From assembly GCA_032718475.1 (NCBI GenBank), contig JAUCBJ010000080.1, positions 1-60,155 on the forward strand: DNA of 60,155 nucleotides. Reading direction: 5' to 3'. Source of the stretch: Nemertoderma westbladi. Taxonomy: Eukaryota > Animalia > Xenacoelomorpha. Of the stretch, positions 48,053 through 58,044 are shown in pieces. The stretch's first letter is position 1; every line of letters begins with the position of its first letter. Made by a program: the position numbers and the translations under genes. The notes under the pieces are model-generated. The model had not been told where the DNA came from. It was given only the letters and a program-made list of their open reading frames with translations, and did not search any database.

Positions 48053-48451
48053 ATAGCAGTAACAATGAGGCGCCCTCCTGCAGTCCTGCTGTGGACGCTG
48101 TTAGTGGTAATGTGGCTGAGGGCTACAACATTTAGATGGAGTCTTATTATATTTAGCTAAGTTAATCTTTCTTTGGTTACCCATATGCCTGGGTTGGGAC
48201 AATGTTAATCCTATCTGGTCGGACATGGTATTACAGTATGCAGTAGGCCTTGTATTATATTATATTTTCTAAATTACCGGTATCTCATCAATTATCTCTA
48301 TTCTTCAGTATTTATACTACAGTAGGCCTACTAATTCTGTAATTGTGTAGTAATAATGCCGTGCTGCGGCTGCGACTCAAGTATTTTAAACTTCCTATGC
48401 CAATACCAAAAATTAATCAATTAAGCCTGTCTTTACTAATACTGTAATACT

Positions 48452-50530
48452 ATGGCATCCGATCCCAATGGCGATGACTTTCCCGCAATTGTTGATTGTG
48501 TTGTCGTTGGAACTGGACTGGTTGAGTCTATAGTGGCTGCGGCGCTTTCTAGGAACGGCTATAGCGTGTTACACCTCGATAGCAATGGCTACTACGGAGG
48601 AGATTGGGCTTCCTTTAATATTCGAAGCATCCAGGATTGGTTGACCGAGGGTAAGGATCCACAACAACCAAGCGAAACGATCCCGGTGCCGAATTTACCG
48701 GAAGAGGAAACATTTATTCCTTTGCGATGTCGGAGAACTGTTGCTAAGGTAAGGGAGGTCATTCCATATTATTACCCCGAATCTACCGAGAATAAAACTG
48801 CACAAACAACTATTGAACAATCGGTTGAGACAGAAGTCTACGGTCTGGATGACATAGTAAGATCCGAGAGTAAAAACGATAACTTAGAGTTTGAGGAAGT
48901 TAGTGATGAAACTGTTAGAGATAATGACCAAGTAAATACGGTGGACGAAACAAATGTTGGGAATATTGCGGCTGAATTAGTAGATGAAGATTTTAAATCA
49001 ACCACTGAAGAAGATAAAAAGAGTCTGTCCCATTTAAATTATTCCTCTTACGAAGGTATACAAATAAAATGGCGCTTATTTAATCTTGATATCAGTCCTA
49101 AAGTTGTTTACGGTCGGGGTGAATTCGTTGACGTTATGATCAAAAGCAACGTCAGTCATTACGTCGAGTTTAAAGCGGTAACCAACATTCTTACGTTCGT
49201 AGAAGAGCAACTGGTGCCTGTGCCGTGCTGCAGGGCCCATCTGTTCCGGAACAAAACGGTGACGATGGTGGAGAAACGAATCATGATGAAGTTTCTGGAA
49301 TATTGTTTGAATTATGACGAAGAGCATGATGTGGAAGGTAAATCATTCCAGGAGATACTGAAGGAGCATAAAGTAACTGGTCTGCTGCAGGACTTCGTCA
49401 CTAACTCAATAGCCATGGTGTCGCGAGTTGCCTTGGCAACCGAGGGCGTTCTGTCAACCCGTCGGTTCCTCCAATCCGTTGGTCGCTTCGGTAACTACCC
49501 CTTCCTGTCGCCGTTGTACGGCACCGGCGAGATCCCGCAGGGGTTCGCGCGACTCTGCGCCGTATTCGGCGGGGTATACTGTTTGCGCAACGGGGCGCGC
49601 GGGTTGCTAGCCTCAGGGGGTCGCTGCGTCGGCATGGTTACCGAGGACGGCCATCGGGTCTCCGCCAACAACGTGGTCCTCGCCCAGAACTACGCGGCCG
49701 CGAGTCCCACGGAAGTCTACGAGAGTCGATGCATCGCTATTACCGACACCCCGATGTGCCGAACTCATCCCGACTCGGTGAGTCTGCTCTGCACGCCGGA
49801 CTGCGCTCGCGTTATAGAACTATCCCCTAGCTCTAACTCATGCCCTCCCGGCTACTACGTGGTTCATCTAACTAAACTCTCCGAGGAATCCTCGGATCCG
49901 GAGACTGAACTCGCGTCTCTCGTCGGGCATCTCTTCCGCACGGATCGCGACCCCTCAGACACCCGTCCCCGCCTCCTCTGGTCTCTCTACTTCACACGCA
50001 TCGTCCCCACCCAGTTCGACCCGTCCGTCTTCCCCGACAACGTCCACGTCTGTCCCGGACCCGACGTATCGATCGACTACGACGGAGCGGTTCGGGTCGC
50101 CGAGTCGATATTCCGGAAACTCTGTCCCGAGGAGGAGTTCCTTCCCACTCCGCCCCTCCAGGAGGATATTGTTATAGAGCCGGCGGTTCCGAGTAATGGC
50201 AACGGGAAGTATAATGATGAGAACGGGGTTGGGGAGGGGCGCACTGGTGGTGAGCCGCACAGTGAACCCACTGGTGATCCGCTCGATGAACCCACTGGTG
50301 AGCCACACAATGAACCCACTGGTGAGCCACACAATGAACCCACTGGTGAGCCACACAATGAACCCACTGGTGAGCCACACAATGAACCCACTGGTGAGGC
50401 TCACGAAGAGCTCACTGGTAAGCCGCACGATGAGCGTAATATTGACCCGCGTGATGAGCTCTCTGGTGAGCCTCACGATGAGCTCACTAGCGAGGTTCAT
50501 GGTGAGCGCAGTGTCAAGCCTAGTGAATAA
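48452..50530 (+). CDS. CHM: Rab escort protein (REP/CHM, GDI family), uninterrupted CDS with a C-terminal EPTGEPHN repeat
   Basis: VVGTGLVESIVAAALSR, HLD..YYGG.WASF, acidic REP insert, FNLDISPK, VSHYVEFK, VPCCRA, GRFGNYPFL.PLYGTGEIPQGFARLCAVFGGVYCL, LLWSLYF. Confidence 0.92.
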   Translation: MASDPNGDDFPAIVDCVVVGTGLVESIVAAALSRNGYSVLHLDSNGYYGGDWASFNIRSIQDWLTEGKDPQQPSETIPVPNLPEEETFIPLRCRRTVAKVREVIPYYYPESTENKTAQTTIEQSVETEVYGLDDIVRSESKNDNLEFEEVSDETVRDNDQVNTVDETNVGNIAAELVDEDFKSTTEEDKKSLSHLNYSSYEGIQIKWRLFNLDISPKVVYGRGEFVDVMIKSNVSHYVEFKAVTNILTFVEEQLVPVPCCRAHLFRNKTVTMVEKRIMMKFLEYCLNYDEEHDVEGKSFQEILKEHKVTGLLQDFVTNSIAMVSRVALATEGVLSTRRFLQSVGRFGNYPFLSPLYGTGEIPQGFARLCAVFGGVYCLRNGARGLLASGGRCVGMVTEDGHRVSANNVVLAQNYAAASPTEVYESRCIAITDTPMCRTHPDSVSLLCTPDCARVIELSPSSNSCPPGYYVVHLTKLSEESSDPETELASLVGHLFRTDRDPSDTRPRLLWSLYFTRIVPTQFDPSVFPDNVHVCPGPDVSIDYDGAVRVAESIFRKLCPEEEFLPTPPLQEDIVIEPAVPSNGNGKYNDENGVGEGRTGGEPHSEPTGDPLDEPTGEPHNEPTGEPHNEPTGEPHNEPTGEPHNEPTGEAHEELTGKPHDERNIDPRDELSGEPHDELTSEVHGERSVKPSE
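50241..50500 (+). repeat. Coding 24-bp tandem repeat (GAACCCACTGGTGAGCCACACAAT)
   Basis: About 10 units, homogeneous in the middle and degenerate at the edges. Confidence 0.9.
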
Positions 50531-51074
50531 CGGAGTAGGTTCCAGCGTGAGTCGAGCCTCACACATAAAGGTAATATTTCTGAAACTGTTATTGAACACA
50601 TGTTGAGCTTGTCCAATAGCATCTGGACAGGCCTTTATAGTGAGCTTATTGGTGTATCTGTACAATGTGAGCCCTCACAATTAATTGTACTTTAATGATT
50701 ATAATACCAAGGCGACACTTACAGGAAACGTATGGTTTCAGTTTTTACGGAAAAAATTTTAAAAATAAATAAATAAACAATTTTCCAACGCAATTTTGTC
50801 ATTATACTCATTACGATGGAAACGGGATTTTAAACAACATATTTCATATTATAAATATTTTATTATACTTTTATCTCCTTTACTAAGCTACCATCAATAT
50901 TGTTTGCTTCTCCGTCTTAAATGTCTGGAGCGTAAAGTTCAAATTTTCCAAGTTACATTTTAACTTGGTAACAACGTATTTATTTAGTCTTAGCTAACGA
51001 AAATATTATTCTAAAGTAGCGCCGTAATACTGAATGAACTGGATCCCGCCACTGGAGGCCAGAAATCCCTTGTT

Positions 51075-52016
51075 AAGTATCACCTTGTTCTATTGTTGAG
51101 TTGAGTATCACCTTGTTCTATTGTTGAGTATCACCTTGTTCTATTGTTGAGTATCACCTTGTTCTATTGTTGAGTATCACCTTGTTCTATTCTTGAGTAT
51201 CACCTTGTTCTATTGTTGATTATCACCTTGTTCTATTGTTGAGTATCACATTGTTATATTGTTGAGTATCACATTGTTCTATTGTTGAGTATCACCTTGT
51301 TCTATTGTTGAGTATCACCTTGTTCTATTGTTGAGTATCACATTGTTCTATTGTTGAGTATCACCTTGTTCTATTGTTGAGTATCACCTTGTTCTATTGT
51401 TGAGTATCACATTGTTCTATTGTTGAGTATCACCTTGTTCTATTGTTGAGTATCACCTTGTTCTATTGTTGAGTATCACATTGTTCTATTGTTGAGTATC
51501 ACATTGTTCTATTGTTGAGTATCACCTTGTTCTATTGTTGAGTATCACATTGTTCTATTGTTGAGTATCACCTTGTTCTATTGTTGAGTATCACCTTGTT
51601 CTATTGTTGAGTATCACCTTGTTCTATTGTTGAGTATCACATTGTTCTATTGTTGAGTATCACCTTGTTCTATTGTTGAGTATCACCTTGTTCTATTGTT
51701 AAGTTTCACCTTGTTCTATTGTTGAGTATCACCTTGTTCTATTGTTGAGTATCACATTGTTCTATTGTTGAGTATCACCTTGTTCTATTGTTGAGTATCA
51801 CCTTGTTCTATTGTTAAGTTTCACCTTGTTCTATTGTTGAGTATCACCTTGTTCTATTGTTGAGTATCGCCTTGTTCTATTGTTAAGTATCACCTTGTTC
51901 TATTGTTGAGTATCACCTTGTTCTATTGTTGAGTATCACCTTGTTCTATTGTTAAGTTTCACCTTGTTCTATTGTTGAGTATCGCCTTGTTCTATTGTTA
52001 AGTATCACCTTGTTCT
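51075..52016. repeat. 23-bp minisatellite GAGTATCACCTTGTTCTATTGTT (~40 copies)
   Basis: Directly visible. Confidence 0.97.
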
Positions 52017-52382
52017 AATAGCAGTGTAATGTATTTGGTACAAGTATTTATTTATCTATATAAATCTAATTAATTAAATTTCAAACCACAAATTATATAT
52101 TTATTTTTGTGGGGAAGATAAAAGGCACTAAGGACAGTGAGCAGAGCATGGCCTATTCCATAGGTCTGGCTTTATCACATGGCTTTGATCATGTGCATTG
52201 TTTTGGCAATTAAGGCCCACGTCACAAATAGTCATGGTAACAACAAAAAATCGGGTTTGGGATATGTTATATTTTTTTTTTTGTTTTCGTTTGGTTGGTT
52301 GGGGTCTGTTTTGTCAGGTTATGTTATTTGTGTTTGTTTCAGGGATGTGGGGAAAGATAGGGGATACAAGGAGCCTGCCAGA

Positions 52383-52941
52383 CTACTACTAGGATCGGCA
52401 TTTTTAAGAATGCTGTGCCGGCTTATCGACAAAATTGCACCGCCACAACTCCCTATCACCCATGACATTTGCTAGATCATCCGCATCTTCAAGGCCAGTG
52501 TCCTTTAAGATGCGTCTCAAGAAAGTCATGGGCTGTCCACCATGCTTATTCACTCCATGAGGCTGCCAAAGTACAAGATTATGCACTGGCTGGTCCTCAC
52601 GGCGAAAGCAATGTCCTGCAAAGCGGAGGCGATTTTGTTCTAGTGTCAAGCTTGGGGGAACCAATGAGACACCTCCAATGTTATATAATGTCTGGTTGGA
52701 GATGTGTGCATTGTACAGTACTTGACACAATGAACCCGGCGTAGCATTCTTGTGAATGTGCCATCCAGAGATTTGGTGTCCTCAGCAGTTAGAGCCCAGC
52801 ATGGACTCCCATAGAGGAGTACTGGAACTACTGCTGCTCTAAATAATCGGACCTTAAGTTTCCGATTAATTCTCGGTGACTTCCAAATTCTGGAAAGCCT
52901 ATTCAAGGCTGCCCATGCCTTTCCCTTACGTATTCGAAGGC
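52383..52941 (-). mobile_element. 5'-truncated RTE family 2 copy
   Basis: RIRKGKAWAALNRL..RLFRAAVVPVLLYG..LWQPHG, ending in a (TAG)n tail. Confidence 0.88.
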
Positions 52942-55213
52942 CTGCCAGACAGATGCCGCATAGGCGGCTCGAGCAAGCCGAGGCTTCCCATGAAAGCAAG
53001 CCTTGTCATACGAGCAGTTGGAGAGGGAACCTCCGACCAGGTTAAATAAGGCATCACGCTTGAGAAGGTTAAATGAGTGGATGACTGGGTTATCAGGGGT
53101 GGTGGGCAACATCGCAGGGCAAAGGCAACCTTAGGGAGCCCTGCAGGTATGGGAGGAGACAAGCAATCATGGTACGGACTTTATTGACCCGCCTCATGAC
53201 TAACTTTTTCGCAAAATGATGCAGGACCAATGGTGGCTAATAATTCTTTGATAATAATTCCTGCTGATTTCTACATAGCTGCAATGATACTTTCCAATGT
53301 TACAGGCAAGGACAGTCCACCCCTGTAACTTGCTTGTAACCTAGGACCTGTTACAGGCATGGCATGGGACATTTTCTGGTACGTATTTTAGTCCTAATTG
53401 CACCCCATAATATGAAGATGTGATTTTTGTATATCAATGGGGTAGGCGACTCAGACATTTTTTTCGATTTTTCGTTTGTTTCATGTGAAAGAGCATGTGA
53501 AAAAAAACCCAGCGCCAGAGGGTAAAAAGAACAAGTGTCACGGACACGTAGGTAACTGGTGTATTAACGTATAACTGATACCGGGTAATAATGTTACATA
53601 TAACATAGGTAAATGGCTACAGTAGCAATACGGTCATACACATAAGCAGTATCACGGTAACAGAGCAGGTCTGCTATCCAGCAGTCAGGGTAAGGGTGAT
53701 ACAGCTCCGCAAGTGTGCAGAGCCAGGTAATCAGATAGTCTGATCCCTGCTCACCGGGGTACCGGTCTTACACCTAGCAGTATGACGTCACCCGGTGTGA
53801 TCTAACTAGTGACCACACAAGGTCTGTCAACCGGCTTGACGGTTGGCTGGCGCAGAGAGCAATTTTACTTCAAAAAAATTAATATTGGCTGAGTTATATC
53901 GATTTTAAAACGCAAAATTAGCAACATCGAAAAATCAGGCCGTTTCAGAAAACAGCACGAGTGACGTCACTAATGCAGCACTAAATGTTCAATGGTTACT
54001 ATACAATATAAATCTCTTAGTAACTAAAATAAATAGTGTAGCTAATATTTTTTTGGTGTGTTTTTTATGCTGTGTTAAGAATACCTAATGACGGCAATTA
54101 ATTGATAACAGGTTAATTATTCCAGAATAATATTTATTTATCCCAAACCTTAGGGGCCGTCCAAGTATGACGTCAGCACTTTAGGGGGGAGGGGGGGTTG
54201 GGAAAATCTGATAACGTGCTGATGAGGGGAGGGGAGGGGGTCAGCCAATGCTTATAATGCAATACACCACAAGGAAACTCAATCTTCATGGCGCACTTTT
54301 ATCACATTACATTTCAGATTTCAGAAGTGTAATTTGGCTTGAAATAAAATTTAATACGTACCCATTATACTGTATGCCATTGATTAATGTCGAGTGGTCT
54401 TTAATATACACCATGTCCCAGAATATAGTGTCGTAATTCAGTGACACCCCCCCCCCCCCCCCCCCCCTAATGTTTCTACAAATCTTAATGAGATTGCATG
54501 AAATTTGAAACAGATAGTTTCACCTGACTGGGTGAGCCAGAATTTTTATTTTTGCCTTCAATCTTTAGCTACAAGCGTTTAAATAAAGTGTCTCCAGCGA
54601 TATTACACCAGTTACACCGCATTTGTTCTTCTACCTTATAGCTGTTTGTTGGTACCAATGGAAAGCTGGTCATGCAAGGATTCCAAATATGTAACACAAT
54701 TTGAATTTCGTTGAAAATTAGCTAGCTATGGGCGTTCAAATCTTGCATGGTTTTGCAACGGCGCGAGGTTATTTTATTCTATTTAATAAATAAACCATAT
54801 TCTGGAACACTTTTTAAATGTATGAATAGCTACGTAATCAATAGTATGATTAAAGATGTAATGCATTGTTGCCCAGCTACGTATTTGGATAAACAAAATA
54901 TTCCAGATTATGATGCATTTATTAAATAGAATAAAATAGCCTCGCGCAGGTGCAAAACCATGCAACATTTGAACGCCCATATCTCAGCTATTTTTCAACG
55001 AAATTCAAATTGTGTTACATATTTGGAATCCGTGCAGGGCCAGCTTTCCATTGGTACAAACAAACAGCTATAAGGTAAGAAGGATAAGTCGTATTGCTTT
55101 TGCATATAGGCCGATTATATTTTAGAGATGTGGCAGCGATTCAGTCAGACTGCAGTAGATATGAATAATGATGCAGAAATTATATTAATAACGTATGTGA
55201 AGTGAAATACACT

Positions 55214-55830
55214 CGCCCATGTGAAGAATACAAGGATTTCCGCCCATGTGAAGAATACAAGGATTTCCGCCCATTTGAAGAATACCAGGATTTCCGCCCA
55301 TGTGAAGAATACCAGGATTTCCGCCCATGTGAAGAATACCAGGATTTCCGCCCATGTGAAGAATACCAGGATTTCCGCCCATGTGAAGAATACCAGGATT
55401 TCCGCCCATGTGTTTCCGCCCATGTGAAGAATACCAGGATTTCCGCCCATGTGAAGAATACCAGGATTTCCGCCCATGTGAAGAATACCAGGATTTCCGC
55501 CCATGTGAAGAATACCAGGATTTCACTTTTCGGTCGACTTTTTATTGGAATTTTATATATGAAGATTTTTTATTTTTTTTTAATTTATCTTTTATTAAGT
55601 GTTTTATAGCGCTTATTTCTGTCTTACAACCTGTACATATACTAATTCGATTTTTATTTTGGTTAGATTCAGTCCTTCTGTAACCTGTGTTTTTAGTGAA
55701 AACCTGGTATTCTTCACATGGGGGTAACTGCAAAGTGAAATATAACGGCAGAAAGTCTGGTATTCTTCACATGGGGGTAACTGCAAAGTGAAATATAACG
55801 GTAGAAAACCTGGTATTCTTCACATGGGCC
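55214..55830. mobile_element. MITE family A with its terminus amplified into a 27-bp tandem array
   Basis: CGCCCATGTGAAGAATACCAGGATTTC x~11 (55214-55522); a 53-bp duplication at the other end. Confidence 0.85.
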
Positions 55831-55968
55831 GACTGTACGTACATGGGAAATAAACTACGTCTGTGAACGATTTGAAAATTTTCACAAGGGATTTTTTAGC
55901 ACATGAGATTTCTCAAAAGATTTGTTACTCCTATAAAGAGGGCAGGGCACATAGCTATTTTAAGTTTT

Positions 55969-56064
55969 GGATGAGTGTTGGATGAGTGTTGGATGAGTGT
56001 TGGATGAGTGTTGGATGAGTGTTGGATGAGTGTTGGATGAGTGTTGGATGAGTGTTGGATGAGT
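55969..56064. repeat. 11-bp tandem repeat GGATGAGTGTT
   Basis: About 8.5 copies. Confidence 0.95.
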
Positions 56065-56685
56065 ATGGCCGCAATAAAATTAAAAATCCCGATCCCGAAA
56101 ATGTTGAACGTGGAAGTGTTGCTATTTTGTTCTATTTAACATTATATTCTAGAACATTTTGTTAATTAATGAATAGCTGCGAACTTGTATTATTATAGGT
56201 ACTGCATTGTTGCCATGCTACTTATTGGGGATCGATAAACAAAATGTTCCAGAATATGGCGTATTTATTAAATAGAATCAAATAGCCTTGTGCATATGTA
56301 AAACCATGCAACATTCGAACCCGCCACATAACACTGCTATTATTAAATTCAGATTGTGTTACCTAATTGGAATCCTTGCACGGCCAGTTTTCTAATAGTG
56401 CCAAGAAATCACTATAAGGTTTAAGATTAAGTGGGGTCCATGTAACTGATTTAAGACACTATGTTCCAGGACACCGTGTATTGAGTAACGATTAAGGTAA
56501 TAATAGTAAATTAGTTTTTAAAGTAATACGAAGTATATTACAAGTGCTTTAAACAAAATAATGAAATGCAATGTGGCAAGAAGAACGATGTAATAATTAA
56601 TTACGCAAAATATATTTCCCAAATGATAAATTATTAATCCGAATTGTAATAAATGCAAATTGCAAACGCATCATATAAATAATAA

Positions 56686-57825
56686 TTACAAAAGAACGAA
56701 ATCTTCATCTATTTCTTGGCTGGAATTGCCCTCGTCAAGGCAATAATAATCCGGGCTGGGAAGGTTTGGGTTGGCCGTTGCAGCGCCGTAGTGCAACTCT
56801 AAAGGTGGAAAGTGGGTCGGCCGTTTCTGTATGACCTCGAAGAGAGGCGGGTTGACCTTGGTGAGTTCGGCAAAGCGCCTACAGAGGTCCCGCCACTCCG
56901 CCTTGTCGTGGCAGTAGAAAGCGAGTCCGATGGAGGGATCGAGTTTATTCCAACTCATAAACTCGGGGAGACTGCAATGGAAGGTGGACTCGTCTGTCCA
57001 CGTAGACTCGACTTGTGCCCCTACCGAGTCCAGGGTCACGTGCGGGTCTAAATACAGGAGGCGATTACCGCAGTAGCCGATGAAATAGTGCGCGTGGTTC
57101 ACTTTGCCCCCAATAACGCCAAGAGTCTGCTGCATCTCGAAGCATGTCTTTAGTGGCTCTATAAATGATTGGTTAAGTTCCGATAAACCCAAACGCAAAG
57201 GCATAACCAGTACTAAAGGCTTCCATGTGGAGGACTTAATTGGTTCCCCGGATATTACATCGGTTTGGCAGACGGTATCAACGTCATCGATAATGAGGAC
57301 GTTGTCCATACCTACGTGGAGCACCATGTTAGACCAGGAGTCGAAACTCACGAGTTTCTTTAGCACGTGGGCCACCGTGTTTGGCCCGAACCATTGACCG
57401 ATGGCCTTGCCTTCGCTGACGCCGCACTGCGCTATCTGGTGCAGCGAGTAACACGCGTCCTTTTTGTCGAGGAATTGGCCCAGAATCCGCTGGCACGTAA
57501 AGTCCAGCACTGCCGGGTCCCAGTGCCAGCTGCGGCCCAGGTGACGACAGACCAACGCTTCTGCCAGCATCATCTGACCGCACCGCAGCATACAGCCCCA
57601 TCCCGAGTCCGTAGTTGGACCGGTTCCTCCGATAGGACTAAAGTTTTTTCGGTATGGGAACCAGAACCGACTCTGTATGTCCTGGAGAAGTTTGTTATAT
57701 TGGATTTCGGAAGAAATATTGTATTTTCTTCCAAGAATACAAACTTGGTTCGAGTTGGCTTCATTGAATATTTCTTTGTGGTTTCTCTTCTTATGTGGGT
57801 CCATAAAAACTTTAATAGTGTCCAT
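56686..57825 (-). CDS. ATG4: Cysteine protease ATG4 (ATG4A/B-like), uninterrupted CDS
   Basis: YRKNF, DSGWGCMLRCGQM (catalytic Cys), WFGP, PLRLG, YLDPH, LDPS and C-terminal LIR EDFVLL. Confidence 0.95.
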   Translation of the reverse strand: MDTIKVFMDPHKKRNHKEIFNEANSNQVCILGRKYNISSEIQYNKLLQDIQSRFWFPYRKNFSPIGGTGPTTDSGWGCMLRCGQMMLAEALVCRHLGRSWHWDPAVLDFTCQRILGQFLDKKDACYSLHQIAQCGVSEGKAIGQWFGPNTVAHVLKKLVSFDSWSNMVLHVGMDNVLIIDDVDTVCQTDVISGEPIKSSTWKPLVLVMPLRLGLSELNQSFIEPLKTCFEMQQTLGVIGGKVNHAHYFIGYCGNRLLYLDPHVTLDSVGAQVESTWTDESTFHCSLPEFMSWNKLDPSIGLAFYCHDKAEWRDLCRRFAELTKVNPPLFEVIQKRPTHFPPLELHYGAATANPNLPSPDYYCLDEGNSSQEIDEDFVLL

Positions 57826-58044
57826 TTAATGTTTTAATTGAACGATAATACACTACAGTACCGGTAGGATGATTTCGCATCATTACTGATGATGGACCGG
57901 TAGCTACCACATACTGTAGTGCATAGTAACATAGTTATGATTCTACATTCTAAGGGTCTGACTCATAATGAATGCAGTGCAACGCAGTGGCAGTAGCTAA
58001 GTAGTGCTGTAGTGAGTAGCAAGGGCGTAAACCTCAACTAGAAC

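Larger units (their letters stand above)
54409..56478. mobile_element. Tc1/mariner-like non-autonomous element(s) with an internal foldback and a nested MITE A
   Basis: TA-flanked imperfect TIRs CACCATGTCCCAGAATATAGTGTC / GACACTATGTTCCAGGACACCGTG; ~160-bp inverted repeat at 54634-54791 / 54917-55078. Confidence 0.55.

Noticed and set aside
55145-55683. Repetitive ORFs or a CRISPR-like array
   Set aside because: Head-to-tail 27-bp repeats without spacers, derived from a MITE end; the context is eukaryotic.
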